Of a stretch of 64,000 nucleotides of DNA, positions 1 to 9,343 are shown in pieces. The DNA is taken from contig MGSS01000114.1 in NCBI GenBank assembly GCA_001798595.1, positions 2,034 through 66,033 of the forward strand, given 5' to 3'. Every line of letters begins with the position of its first letter. Within the stretch, counting starts at the first letter, position 1. The notes below the pieces were generated by a model. It was not told where the DNA came from, searched no databases, and saw only the letters and a program-made list of their open reading frames with translations. The translations under genes and the position numbers were made by a program. The stretch comes from Deltaproteobacteria bacterium RIFCSPLOWO2_12_FULL_60_19 (GTDB lineage Bacteria; Desulfobacterota; Binatia; UBA9968).

Positions 1-229
1 AGGTCGTCCCTTTTCCTTCCTCGCTCTCGACCCAGATCTTGCCGTTGTGGGACTCGACGATCATTTTGCAGATGACCAGGCCGAGGCCGGTGCCTTTGTG
101 CTTGGAGGTTTTGCCGGTGGTGGTCTGGCGGTATTTCTCGTCGGAAAGATAGATTCCCGTCTTTTCCTCCAGCAGATTTCTCAACCTGAGAAGATCCGCG
201 CGAGCGTAAGCCAGAGATGAATTCGGCAT
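1..229 (-). CDS. Partial ORF, 3' end beyond window start. Its C-terminal part carries a histidine-kinase-like ATPase G2-box region ([30 protein letters not shown]). Likely a truncated HATPase_c fragment.
   Basis: Hand translation of the minus strand from ATG 229..227. The GxGLGL motif and the following I..HGG.I.VES..G.GT consensus of HK C-termini are present, but no N-box or G1 box lies upstream. The divergent yggS gene starts at about 300, so the ORF cannot be longer. Confidence 0.35.
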   Translation of the reverse strand, partial: MPNSSLAYARADLLRLRNLLEEKTGIYLSDEKYRQTTTGKTSKHKGTGLGLVICKMIVESHNGKIWVESEEGKGTT

Positions 230-336
230 CGCTTCGTCCTGGCCAAGGGTAGATTTAGCGTCCGGGAAAGTCAAGGTGATTCTGGAAATCGGCGGGAGTG
301 ATTTATCGAGGTGAATGTGATATTCAACACACGCTC

Positions 337-1029
337 ATGGTTGATGTGGCGGCCAATTGTCGCGGTGTGTTGGAACGCATCCGCGAAGCGGCGGCCCGCT
401 CCGGCCGGGACCCGCAGACGATCAAACTGCTGGGCGCCTCCAAGTCTCAACCGGCCGGCCGGATTCAGGCGGCGATCGATGCGGGCGTTCGGTTGTTCGG
501 CGAGAACTACGTCCAGGAGGCTGAGGCGAAGCGGGCCGCGATCCGCGAGGCCGTCGAGTGGCACATGATCGGCCATCTCCAGAGAAACAAGGTCAAGGCG
601 GCACTGGACCTCTTCGATCTGATCGAGTCGGTCGATAGCATTCAACTTGCGCGCGAGCTCGATAAAGAGGGAAAAAAGCGCGGGCGCGTGGTGCGGGCTT
701 TTGTGGAGGTCAATCTGGCCTGCGAGGAGAGCAAGAGCGGGATCGCGAGAGAGCAGGTCGCCGCGCTGCTGGAAGATGCCGGAAAGCTCTCCCACATCAG
801 GATCGAAGGGCTGATGGCGGTGCCGCCGCTCAGAGAAGACCCGGAGGAGTCGCGCCCCTATTTTCGCGCGCTCAGGGAATTGCGCGCGGAACTTCAAGCA
901 AAAAAGATTCCGAATGCCGATCTCAAAGAGCTGTCGATGGGAATGACGCACGATTTTCCGATCGCGATCGAAGAGGGGGCGACGCTGGTGCGGATCGGCA
1001 CCGCGATTTTCGGCCCGAGGAGCGGGTAG
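337..1029 (+). CDS. yggS: YggS-family pyridoxal-phosphate-binding protein (PLP homeostasis protein)
   Basis: ORF track 298..1029. The protein is alanine-racemase-N-like with the conserved motifs ([38 protein letters not shown]). ATG 337 is the preferred start; GTG 298 is an alternative. The conserved yggS-yggT pairing is present. Confidence 0.85.
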   Translation: MVDVAANCRGVLERIREAAARSGRDPQTIKLLGASKSQPAGRIQAAIDAGVRLFGENYVQEAEAKRAAIREAVEWHMIGHLQRNKVKAALDLFDLIESVDSIQLARELDKEGKKRGRVVRAFVEVNLACEESKSGIAREQVAALLEDAGKLSHIRIEGLMAVPPLREDPEESRPYFRALRELRAELQAKKIPNADLKELSMGMTHDFPIAIEEGATLVRIGTAIFGPRSG

Positions 1030-1037
1030 GAGGGAAA

Positions 1038-1337
1038 ATGATCATTCTGGCCTATATGGTCGACGCCTTGGCGGCGCTACTGGGTATGTTGCTCCAAATC
1101 TATATGTGGATCATCATCGCGCGCGCCGTGATCTCGTGGGTCAACCCGGACCCCTACAACCCGATCGTTCGCTTTCTTTACAGCGCTACCGAACCTGTAC
1201 TTTACCGTGTGCGGCGGCTTCTTCCGCTCTATGTGGGCGGCGTTGATTTTTCTCCCATAGCTGTGTTCGCCGCCATTTATGTCCTTCAGGTAGTTTTGGT
1301 CCGATACCTTTACCACTTGGCCCAAACGCTCCAGTAG
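1038..1337 (+). CDS. yggT: YggT-family membrane protein
   Basis: 99 aa, two hydrophobic segments, and the characteristic DPYNP and [11 protein letters not shown] motifs. Lies immediately downstream of yggS. Confidence 0.8.
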   Translation: MIILAYMVDALAALLGMLLQIYMWIIIARAVISWVNPDPYNPIVRFLYSATEPVLYRVRRLLPLYVGGVDFSPIAVFAAIYVLQVVLVRYLYHLAQTLQ

Positions 1338-1349
1338 ACGAACTAACCG

Positions 1350-2306
1350 ATGAAAGTTTCGTTTGTCAGCGATCTGCGCGATAACCAGCCGGTGGACTCG
1401 CACTTTCTGGTGGCGGCCAAGAACCACGGCGTCACCAAGGGCGGGAGCGCCTACCTGGTGCTCCGGTTGATGGACCGGAGCGGCGAAATCGAAGGAAGGG
1501 TCTGGGACCGGGCGGCGGATCTCGGCCGGGGGTTTGAAAAAAACGACTACGTGCGGGTGCGCGGCCAGGCGACGCTTTACCAGGGTCGTTTGCAGGTCCG
1601 CGTGCAGGACATCGCCCGGGTCGATGAGAAAGACGTCGCGGCGGAGGATTTTCTGCCCAAAAGCCCCAACGATCCGGAGGCGATGGCCGGAGAGCTGATG
1701 GCGATTTTGCGCGGGATGAAGAATGCGCACCTGCGGGCGCTCGCCGAGGCCTTTTTCTCCGACGCCGCGTTGATGGATCTCTTCAAGCGGGCGCCGGCGG
1801 GAAAGAGCATCCACCATTCCTATCTGAGCGGGCTGCTGGAGCACACGCTGTCGCTGCTCAAGCTCATTCTCAAAGTGGTCGAGAACTACAAAGGCATCGA
1901 CCTCGATCTGCTGCTGATCGGCGGTTTTCTCCACGACATCGGCAAGATCTACGAGTTTTCTTTCGACCGGTCGGTCGAATACACCGACGGCGGCCAACTG
2001 CTCGGCCATCTGGTCATGGAGGTCGAGCTGGTGAACGAAAAAATCAGATCAGTGCCGGAATTTCCCGATGAGCTGGCGATGCTGGTCAAGCATATGCTGG
2101 TGAGCCACCACGGCTCGCTGGAATTCGGCTCGCCCAAACTGCCGCAGACGGTGGAGGCGGTGATCCTACACTACCTGGACGATCTCGACGGCAAGATCCA
2201 GAGCATCCAGTTTCTCATGGAAAAAGAGCCCGCCTCGCGCTGGACCTCGTTTCACCGCGCGTACGGCAGGAGCTTCTTTCGCGGGAAAATAGAAGACAAA
2301 AACTAG
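1350..2306 (+). CDS. YhaM-like 3'-5' exoribonuclease (N-terminal OB-fold plus HD phosphohydrolase domain)
   Basis: 318 aa with an N-terminal OB-fold-like region, then HD-domain motifs (HHSYLSGLLEHT; GGFLHDIGK; VSHHG). Confidence 0.7.
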   Translation: MKVSFVSDLRDNQPVDSHFLVAAKNHGVTKGGSAYLVLRLMDRSGEIEGRVWDRAADLGRGFEKNDYVRVRGQATLYQGRLQVRVQDIARVDEKDVAAEDFLPKSPNDPEAMAGELMAILRGMKNAHLRALAEAFFSDAALMDLFKRAPAGKSIHHSYLSGLLEHTLSLLKLILKVVENYKGIDLDLLLIGGFLHDIGKIYEFSFDRSVEYTDGGQLLGHLVMEVELVNEKIRSVPEFPDELAMLVKHMLVSHHGSLEFGSPKLPQTVEAVILHYLDDLDGKIQSIQFLMEKEPASRWTSFHRAYGRSFFRGKIEDKN

Positions 2307-2384
2307 AAAATGCAAAATGAAAAATACAAAATGAAAATTTTAAAATTTGCGCTCTGAGTTCACGAGAGTGAGAGGATTACGGAC

Positions 2385-3803
2385 ATGAAGATGTTTTTAG
2401 AAGGAAAGTGGGCGGACAAGCCGAAGCGGATCGAGGTGAAAAATCCCTACGACAACTTGGTGATCGACACGGTGCCCAGGGGCGATGCCGCCGACGTCGA
2501 GCGCGCGCTTAACTTTGCCGAGCGCGGCGCCAAGGCTATGGCGAAGCTCTCAAGCTACGACCGCTGGAAGATTTTACGGAAGGCGGCCGATCTCATGGCC
2601 GCGCGCAACGAAGAGCTGGGCCGCATTATCTCGACGGAAGAGGGCAAGGTCATCGCTGAGGGACGGGGCGAAGCCAACCGGGCCGTGGAAACGATGATGG
2701 GATCGGCCGAGGAGGCCAAGCGCATTCACGGCGAGACGGTCCCGCTGGACGCCGATCCCACCGGGCGCAACAAGCTGGGCTTTACGCTGCGCGTGCCGTG
2801 CGGCGTCGTCGCGGCGATCAGCCCGTTCAACTTTCCGTTGAATCTCGTCTGCCACAAAGTCGGGCCGGCGCTGGCCGCCGGCAATTCAGTCATCATGAAA
2901 CCCGCCACCGACACGCCGCTCTCCGCTCTTAAATTGGTCGAGATCCTGCTCGAAGCCGGGCTGCCGCCCGAGGGGGTGCAGTGTCTCACCGGCTCCGGCG
3001 GCGAGATCGGCGATCCGATCGTCGCCGACAAGCGAGTGCGGAAAATTACTTTCACCGGCAGCCGCGAGATCGGCGACCGCATCTGCCGGATGGCCGGTAT
3101 CAAGAAAGTCACGATGGAGCTGGGCTCCAACAGCCCGCTGATCGTCATGCCTGACGCCGACTTGGAAAAAGTTGCGGCCGCGGTGGCGGCGACCGGCTAC
3201 GCCAACGCCGGGCAGGCGTGCATCTCGACGCAGCGGGTGCTCGCGGCGAAAAAAGTTTACGGCGATCTTCTCGGCGCGTTAATACCCAAAGTCGAGGCTT
3301 TGGCGACCGGCAATCAGCTGGACGAGAAGACCAAAGTCGGCCCGATGGTGAAGGAGAGCGAAGCGGCGCGGGTCGAAGAGTGGATCAACGAAGCGGTCGC
3401 GGCCGGCGCGCGTCTGGCGACGGGCGGCGGCCGGCGCGGCGCGATCTATATCCCGGCGGTGGTGGCGGACGTGAAGCCGGAGATGCGGATTTCGCGCGAC
3501 GAGCTGTTCGGCCCGGCGGTGGCGGTGACGCCGTTCGACACGATCGAAGAGGCGATTCAACTCGCCAACGACAGCGTCTACGGCCTGGCCGCGGGCATCT
3601 TCACCGAGAACGTCGAATGGGCGATGAAGTTCGCGCGCGAGGCGGAGGCCGGCAACCTGCACGTCAACTGGGGGCCGCAGTGGCGCGTCGATCTGATGCC
3701 CTACGGCGGCCTCAAGGAATCGGGCTTCGGCAAAGAGGGCCCGCGCTACGCGGTGGAGGAGATGACGGAACTTAAAATGGTGGTGTTCCATTTAGGAGGT
3801 TAA
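2385..3803 (+). CDS. NAD(P)-dependent aldehyde dehydrogenase family protein
   Basis: 472 aa. ALDH catalytic cysteine context (GQACIS), ELGSNSP glutamate motif, and FTGS.EIG cofactor-binding region. Confidence 0.85.
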   Translation: MKMFLEGKWADKPKRIEVKNPYDNLVIDTVPRGDAADVERALNFAERGAKAMAKLSSYDRWKILRKAADLMAARNEELGRIISTEEGKVIAEGRGEANRAVETMMGSAEEAKRIHGETVPLDADPTGRNKLGFTLRVPCGVVAAISPFNFPLNLVCHKVGPALAAGNSVIMKPATDTPLSALKLVEILLEAGLPPEGVQCLTGSGGEIGDPIVADKRVRKITFTGSREIGDRICRMAGIKKVTMELGSNSPLIVMPDADLEKVAAAVAATGYANAGQACISTQRVLAAKKVYGDLLGALIPKVEALATGNQLDEKTKVGPMVKESEAARVEEWINEAVAAGARLATGGGRRGAIYIPAVVADVKPEMRISRDELFGPAVAVTPFDTIEEAIQLANDSVYGLAAGIFTENVEWAMKFAREAEAGNLHVNWGPQWRVDLMPYGGLKESGFGKEGPRYAVEEMTELKMVVFHLGG

Positions 3804-3805
3804 CG

Positions 3806-4528
3806 GTGCGAATAGACGGCCGCAAAGACAAGCAGCTAAGACCCATCGTCATCACGCCGGGCTACATCAAGCACGCCGACGGCTCGGTGCTGATCGAGAT
3901 GGGCGACACGCGCGTGATCTGCACGGCGAAGCTGGAGGATCGAGTCCCGCCGTTTTTGCGCAACAGCGGCAAGGGCTGGATCACCGCGGAGTACGGCATG
4001 CTGCCGTCGTCGTCGCAGACCCGCATCGCGCGCGAAGCCTCGCGCGGCAAGATCGGCGGCCGGACGCATGAGATTCAACGGTTGATCGGGCGGAGTCTCC
4101 GTGCCATCGCCAAGCTGGAGCTTTTGGGCGAGCGGACGGTGTGGATCGACTGCGACGTGATACAGGCCGACGGCGGCACGCGCACCGCGTCGATCACCGG
4201 CGCCTACGTGGCATTGGTCGAGGCCGCGCGCGGTTGGCTCAAGGCCGGCGCCGTCGAGCAAACCCCGGTGGTAGATTCCGTCGCCGCGGTGAGCGTAGGC
4301 ATCGTCGACGGCAAGGTGCTGCTGGATCTCAACTATCAGGAGGACAGCCGGGCCGAGGTGGACATGAACGTCGTGATGACCGGCTCGGGCAAATTTATCG
4401 AAGTCCAGGGCACGGCGGAGAGCTTGCCGTTTACCAAATCGAAGCTCGACCGCATGACCGAGATCGCCGGAGAAGGCATTCAAGAGCTTCTCAAGGCGCA
4501 GAAAAAAGTCCTGGCTACCATTTCTTGA
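3806..4528 (+). CDS. rph: Ribonuclease PH
   Basis: 240 aa, GTG start. Classic RNase PH signature: R.DGR...[39 protein letters not shown]. Confidence 0.92.
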   Translation: MRIDGRKDKQLRPIVITPGYIKHADGSVLIEMGDTRVICTAKLEDRVPPFLRNSGKGWITAEYGMLPSSSQTRIAREASRGKIGGRTHEIQRLIGRSLRAIAKLELLGERTVWIDCDVIQADGGTRTASITGAYVALVEAARGWLKAGAVEQTPVVDSVAAVSVGIVDGKVLLDLNYQEDSRAEVDMNVVMTGSGKFIEVQGTAESLPFTKSKLDRMTEIAGEGIQELLKAQKKVLATIS

Positions 4529-4536
4529 TTCCGCCC

Positions 4537-5157
4537 GTGGAGCTGTTGATCGCCACCACCAACCTCGGCAAGCTCGCCGAAGTCGCGGCGGTTCTGAAAG
4601 CGCTGCCGATTGAGATCGTGCCCTTGAGCCGGATCGAAAACGCGCCGGCCGTGGTCGAGGACGGCAAAACCTTCGAAGAGAATGCCGTCAAGAAGGCCCA
4701 CACGCTGGCGGAATTTTCCGGGCTGGTTACCCTGGCCGACGATTCCGGATTGGAAGTGGACGCCGTGGGCGGAGCGCCGGGCGTCCATTCGGCCCGCTAC
4801 AGCGGGGATGACGCGGACGACGCGCGCAATAACCAAAAGCTGCTGCAAGCGTTGACCGGCGTCCCTGAAGACAAGCGGGGAGCGCGCTTTGTCTGCGTGC
4901 TCGCGCTGTGCGCGCCGGCGGCGTTGAAAGGCGGCGAGCGGCTGTTTCGCGGCGAGTGCGAGGGCCGGATCGCATTCGCCCCGAAAGGAGCGAGCGGCTT
5001 CGGCTACGATCCGCTGTTTTTCTACCCGCCGCTCAATCGCACCTTTGCGGAGCTTGATTGCGACGCCAAAGGCCGCGTGAGCCACAGGGGCGCGGCGCTG
5101 AGAAAACTTGCCGCCGCGCTTCCATCGCTCCTTTCTTGGGTGACCTCAGGGGAGTAG
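4537..5157 (+). CDS. rdgB: dITP/XTP pyrophosphatase (RdgB/HAM1 non-canonical purine NTP pyrophosphatase)
   Basis: The C-terminal 207 aa of track ORF 4141..5157 carry IATTNLGKLAEV, LADDSGLEVDALGGAPGV.SARY and FGYDP.F. The upstream part of that ORF is antisense overlap with rph, so the start is set at GTG 4537. The rph-rdgB pair is conserved. Confidence 0.85.
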   Translation: MELLIATTNLGKLAEVAAVLKALPIEIVPLSRIENAPAVVEDGKTFEENAVKKAHTLAEFSGLVTLADDSGLEVDAVGGAPGVHSARYSGDDADDARNNQKLLQALTGVPEDKRGARFVCVLALCAPAALKGGERLFRGECEGRIAFAPKGASGFGYDPLFFYPPLNRTFAELDCDAKGRVSHRGAALRKLAAALPSLLSWVTSGE

Positions 5158-5245
5158 CCCTCAGACCGGCCGAAATAGGGCGGCGTCCGCACGGCCAACC
5201 TTGATTTCACCCCCTGCATATGTAGAATGAGACGTTGCAGCGTGA

Positions 5246-5322
5246 CGGGGCGTAGCGCAGCCTGGTAGCGCACCTGCCTTGGGCGCAGGGGGTCGGACGT
5301 TCAAATCGTCTCGCCCCGACCA
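5246..5322 (+). tRNA. tRNA-Pro(TGG)
   Basis: Hand-folded cloverleaf: acceptor CGGGGCG/CGCCCCG, anticodon loop CTTGGGC, T-loop GTTCAAATC, 3' CCA encoded. Confidence 0.85.
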
Positions 5323-5418
5323 GCGGATAGTGAGCAGTGAGTAGTGATGAGTGAGCAGCAGAGAGGTCGGGAAGTTGGGCACTGCTCACTACTCACTTTC
5401 TCACTGCTTACTCTTTTC

Positions 5419-5495
5419 GCGCCAGTAGCTCAGGTGGATAGAGCAACGGCCTTCTAAGCCGTAGGTCAGGGGTTCGAATCCCTTCTGGCGCGCCA
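5419..5495 (+). tRNA. tRNA-Arg(TCT)
   Basis: Acceptor GCGCCAG/CTGGCGC, anticodon loop CTTCTAA, GGTTCGAATCC T-arm, CCA encoded. Confidence 0.85.
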
Positions 5496-5611
5496 GCCTC
5501 AGAAGAAGTGAGTGGTGAGTAGTAAGACAGTGAGCAGAAAGAATAGGTTCTCAATTCTCCGCCAGCTACTAACGCCTCACTGGTGGTTGAGGGGGGAGGC
5601 GGAGATATCGT

Positions 5612-5690
5612 GGTGAGTGTAGCTCAATTTGGTTAGAGCACTGGACTGTGGCTCCAGGGGTTGAGGGTTCAAATCCCTTCACTCACCCCA
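5612..5690 (+). tRNA. tRNA-His(GTG) with extra 5' G(-1)
   Basis: G-1 plus acceptor GTGAGTG/CACTCAC, anticodon loop CTGTGGC, discriminator C, CCA encoded. Confidence 0.8.
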
Positions 5691-5782
5691 AGCCCTACGG
5701 GAGGGCGAACCTCAGATTTCAGATTTCAAATAACCTGGGATCTGTAATCTGAGATCTGAGATTCCGAGCGTAGCGAGGATAC

Positions 5783-5858
<76 letters not shown>

Positions 5859-6086
5859 AATTTTCCCAAGTCTTTCAAGGAGTTGTTCATTGATCTAAGA
5901 GCCACTTGTTCTACCACTGTCCGCAAATTGTCCGTGTTTTGTCCGTGTTCTCTCATCCAACCGCCTTTTTCAGCGGGTAGATGACGCCGGCCTTGGCCTG
6001 CCTCTGAAGATGCTTCGTTTCGCCTCAAGTTGCGCAACCGCCCCCGTTGGTATAGCCTTTACTCGTCTACGGAAGGAGAGGGCCGC

Positions 6087-6296
6087 ATGAAACAATTCGT
6101 TGTAACTCTGACACCTGGCGAAGACGGCTACATCGTTGCCGAATGCCCCTCCTTGCCCGGTTGCGTCTCTCAAGGCAAGACCAAAGACGAAGCCTTGCAA
6201 AACATCAAGGAAGCCATCGAAGGCATCCTTGAGGTCCGCCGCGGGATGAACAATCCCATTGCTCCGCCGGAAGTCCGTTTCATCGAAATCGCCTGA
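6087..6296 (+). CDS. hicB: HicB-family antitoxin (UPF0150)
   Basis: 69 aa. ATG 6087 lies downstream of a strong SD (GGAAGGAGAG). Motifs: TLTPGEDGYIVAECPSLPGCVSQGKTKDEALQNIKEAIEG. The reading frame overlaps hicA by 1 nt. Confidence 0.7.
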   Translation: MKQFVVTLTPGEDGYIVAECPSLPGCVSQGKTKDEALQNIKEAIEGILEVRRGMNNPIAPPEVRFIEIA

Positions 6297-6514
6297 TGCC
6301 AGCCCCGCCCGTGATCTCGGGCCGGGAAGCGGCCAAAGCCTTCCAAAAGATCGGCTTTCTTTTTCATCACCAAACCGGCAGCCATATGATCTACTACCGG
6401 TCCGATGGCCGCCATCTTTCCATCCCCGATCATAAAGAGCTTGATCGAGGAACCTTGCGCGGCCTCATCAAAGGCGCCGGGATCACGGTCGAAGAATTCG
6501 TCAATCTGCTGTAG
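6296..6514 (+). CDS. hicA: HicA-family mRNA-interferase toxin (YcfA-like)
   Basis: 72 aa with the HicA pattern: G.E..KA..K.GF...HQTGSH.IY....GR.L.IP.H.KELDRGTLRG.IK.AGI. Confidence 0.7.
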   Translation: MPAPPVISGREAAKAFQKIGFLFHHQTGSHMIYYRSDGRHLSIPDHKELDRGTLRGLIKGAGITVEEFVNLL

Positions 6515-6823
6515 GTTGTCACAGGCGGCAGCCATCTCCAGTGGTTGGCGCTCCGTCAGTGCGCCGTCATCGATGATTTTATTGCCTCCAGACCTGGCCA
6601 AAGACACGGACAATTCACGGACAGGCTGGAGAAAAGGCTTGCACCGTAGGAAGTTAGGATGGCCCGTCTGATTGTCGATCACACCGGCCGCAGCGTGCTT
6701 GTCCGCCTTTTGTCCGTGTGCTGGCGCACCCATCCGCCTACGATGACCGAACAACCGAAAGGGAGCATCTTGAAATGCTTGGGGGTTTTGGTAACATGTC
6801 GCCTGTGGTTCGCCTGGGGAAGC

Positions 6824-6869
6824 ACTCTTAATCAGCGGGTCCAGAGTTCGAGTCTCCGGCGGCCCACCA
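6824..6869 (+). repeat. Partial duplicate of the tRNA-Lys(CTT) 3' half (att-type direct repeat)
   Basis: ACTCTTAATCAGCGGGTCCaGAGTTCGAGTCTCCGGCGGCCCACCA matches 5813..5858 with one mismatch. It lacks the 5' half, so it is not a functional tRNA. Confidence 0.8.
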
Positions 6870-6935
6870 AATTTTTCCCGCGAACAGCGGGGAAAATTTA
6901 GAGCATTCGAGCAATGCCTCCACGATTCCTTTCCC

Positions 6936-7853
6936 GTGAATGACCTGACCCAGGCCCGACCTCCCTTGTCCGTGGTGATCGGCGCTACCCAGCCGTGGCC
7001 CGAGATTCGCGGCTGCCTGGATTCGCTCTATGCGCAGGCCAGCGCCGCCGGGGTGGAAATCCTCGTTGCAGATGGAACCGGCCGCGCCCTGCCGGAAAAT
7101 TCACCCTATCCGGAAGTGCGCCGCCTCGAATCCCTCGGAGCGACCGTTTTCCAACTGCGCGCGCTCGCGATGGCCGAAGCGCAAGGCGAGATCGTCGCGG
7201 TCACTGAAGATCATTGCCGCGTGGCGCCGGATTGGTGCGGGCAGATCTTGCGTGCGCATCGCGAGTTTCCCGACGCGGCCGTGATCGGGGGCGCGGTGGA
7301 GAACGGCGCCACGGCGCGGCTGATCGACTGGGCCAATTTCTTCGCGTCGAACGACCGTTTTCTCCCGCCGCTCCCGGCCGGCCAGGATGGAACGGCGACG
7401 GGGCAAGCCAATATTTCATACAAGAGGCGCGTGATTCCCTGCGAATACCCGGCGCTCGATATCCTGGAAAAGTTTTACAATGAACGGCTTCGGGAGCGAG
7501 GCGAGAAGATCATCAACGACGGCAGAATTATCGTGGCGCACGTTCAGTCGTTGGGCTTTTGGGGCAGTTGTCTCATCCATTATCACGATGCGCGCGTCGT
7601 GGCCGGATTTTATCTCCCGCGCATCTCGACCCTTACCCGGCTGCTGCGCATCGCCAAGTGCCTGGCCTTTCCCCTGAGGGTTCTCGTCGCGACGGCGCGC
7701 ATCACTTTACGGACCATCCTCCGCAAGCCGGGCTACCGCGGGCGCATGTTGATGAGTTGCCCGTTGGTCGCCGTGCTGTTCTGCTTTCATACGGCCGGAG
7801 AGTTGGCTGGGTGCATCGCCGGTCCGGGCGATAGCCCGAGCCGGATGCGTTGA
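6936..7853 (+). CDS. GT2-like glycosyltransferase with C-terminal hydrophobic membrane anchor (candidate polyprenol-phosphate sugar synthase, Dpm1/GtrB-like topology)
   Basis: 305 aa, GTG start. The N-terminal half is a GT-A-like Rossmann region (SVVIGATQPW...EILVADGTG...VTEDHC). The C-terminal 90 aa hold about two predicted transmembrane segments. Size and topology fit Dpm1/GtrB/ArnC-type enzymes. The motifs are divergent, so the family call is tentative. Confidence 0.5.
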   Translation: MNDLTQARPPLSVVIGATQPWPEIRGCLDSLYAQASAAGVEILVADGTGRALPENSPYPEVRRLESLGATVFQLRALAMAEAQGEIVAVTEDHCRVAPDWCGQILRAHREFPDAAVIGGAVENGATARLIDWANFFASNDRFLPPLPAGQDGTATGQANISYKRRVIPCEYPALDILEKFYNERLRERGEKIINDGRIIVAHVQSLGFWGSCLIHYHDARVVAGFYLPRISTLTRLLRIAKCLAFPLRVLVATARITLRTILRKPGYRGRMLMSCPLVAVLFCFHTAGELAGCIAGPGDSPSRMR

Positions 7854-7878
7854 GAGGTTGGCTGGCGCGGCAGCGGCG

Positions 7879-8958
7879 CTAGCGCGATCTGCGCAGGCTG
7901 AAATAGATCGCAGCGCTTCCCACGATCAAGACGGAAACGACGCCGGCCGTTTTGGAATGAAACGACAGGACGGCCATGAGTCCCGAAACCGCAGCGACCC
8001 CGTAGAGAACCAGAACGGCGCGCGATTCTTCCATTCCCATGGCCATGAGCCGGTGATGAATATGCTCCTGGTCCCGGCGGAAGATCGCCAGGAGGCGACC
8101 GAAGAAAACTTCGCGCCCGTTAGCGCTGCCGTTGGCCGGCGACTGCCGGAATCCTCGGCGGATCACGGCCAGCAGCGTGTCCGCGATCGGCAGAGAAAGA
8201 GCGAGAATCGGCGCGAGGAGCGGCACGCCGTCGGCTTGCTGCGCGCCCCGCACGTAGAGCACCGCCAGCAGATAGCCGACGAACATGCTCCCGGAGTCGC
8301 CCATGAAGATCGAGGCGGGGGAAAAATTGTAATAGAGAAATCCGCCGAGCGCGCCGGCCAGCGCGACCGTGAGCAGGGCGACGTCCAGCCGGCCCGTTGT
8401 CAAGCTGATGATCGATAACGTCAAAGAGGCGATCAGGCCGACGCCCGCCGCCAGGCCGTCGAGACCGTCGATCAGGTTAAAGGCGTTGGTGATCCCGATG
8501 ATCCAGAGCAGCGTGATCGGCGCGGCGAGCCAGCCGAGGAGGATCGTATTGCCGGTGAGCGGATCGATGATTCGCCCGACGCCGTGGCCGTCGGCGACGA
8601 CCATCGCCGCGGCTATCGTTTGGAAGACGATCTTGGTGATCGGCTTGAGCCTGTAGACATCGTCGGCCAGGCCGAGAGCCGCGATCAGGATCGTCCCGCC
8701 GAACGCCCAGCGCCAGCTCCAAAATAATGTCCCGAGCACGGCGATGTGCCCTGGATTCACCAGAAGGGCGAGCCCTATCGAGCCGGCCAGCGCGGCCAGG
8801 ACGGCCAGGCCGCCGAGCGACGGCACGGGGCTACGGGTGGAGCGCGGGTCGCTGCGCCGGTCGACGACGCCGAAACGCAATGCCACGGCGCGAACGAGCG
8901 GCGTCGCGAGCAAACTCAATCCGGCAGCGGTGAGTCCCAGGAGTAAGTATATCAGCAC
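7879..8958 (-). CDS. Polyprenol-phosphate N-acetylhexosamine-1-phosphate transferase (WecA/MraY/Alg7 PNPT family)
   Basis: 359 aa polytopic membrane protein, GTG start. PNPT signatures: LGLADD, NAFNLIDGLDGLAAG, FMGDSGS, and HIHHRL near the C-terminus. Divergent from the oligosaccharyltransferase gene. Confidence 0.88.
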   Translation of the reverse strand: MLIYLLLGLTAAGLSLLATPLVRAVALRFGVVDRRSDPRSTRSPVPSLGGLAVLAALAGSIGLALLVNPGHIAVLGTLFWSWRWAFGGTILIAALGLADDVYRLKPITKIVFQTIAAAMVVADGHGVGRIIDPLTGNTILLGWLAAPITLLWIIGITNAFNLIDGLDGLAAGVGLIASLTLSIISLTTGRLDVALLTVALAGALGGFLYYNFSPASIFMGDSGSMFVGYLLAVLYVRGAQQADGVPLLAPILALSLPIADTLLAVIRRGFRQSPANGSANGREVFFGRLLAIFRRDQEHIHHRLMAMGMEESRAVLVLYGVAAVSGLMAVLSFHSKTAGVVSVLIVGSAAIYFSLRRSR

Positions 8959-9343
8959 GTAATGATTTCTCCCGCACCGTCAGCCCGCCTGGGAATCTCC
9001 CTCCGGGCCGATGCGATACGTCGGTGTTACGCTGCTCCCAGGAACTGAGAGTAGCTCCGAGTCACGGTTGTATCTCCTCGGCCCACGCATCGGCCCTTCG
9101 AGAGACCCCCAGGCGGGCGCGATGGCGGCTGTGCTCAATCGCTTCGGTTTCAATCATGCTCACAGAAAAACTCGCGTTCGGCAGAGACTAAAAGTTTTCC
9201 GTCTGAATGGCAAGAACAAAAAAGCCGGACGCGATCGCGGCACATGTTGCGGTTGAAGGGTTTGGCCCTTGCGGATATAGTTTCAGATTCGCCGCCCTCG
9301 AACGCTGGATTTTTTCGCTTGCGGAGGGTGGCCTCTATCACCC

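Larger units (their letters stand above)
5859..6869 (+). mobile_element. Small integrated islet (remnant) at tRNA-Lys carrying hicB-hicA, bounded by tRNA-Lys and a direct repeat of its 3' half
   Basis: A direct repeat of about 45 nt (one mismatch) matches the tRNA-Lys 3' half plus about 10 nt of flank: 5813..5868 against 6824..6880. This is the classic att signature of integration into a tRNA 3' end. The interior GC looks lower by eye (not computed). Imperfect inverted repeats containing aattgtccgtgt lie at about 5925..5953 and 6596..6624. No integrase ORF is recognisable. Confidence 0.5.

Noticed and set aside
3218-3775. Arg/Gly-rich 185-aa ORF inside the aldehyde dehydrogenase gene
   Set aside because: Alternative-frame artefact of GC-rich coding sequence.
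4141-5157. 338-aa ORF beginning inside rph in another frame
   Set aside because: The N-terminal 130 aa are Arg/Gly-rich nonsense (GC-frame artefact) overlapping rph. Only the part from GTG 4537 matches RdgB.
6659-6901. 80-aa ORF across the tRNA-Lys partial repeat
   Set aside because: It runs through the att repeat and non-coding spacer and has no homology features. Likely spurious.
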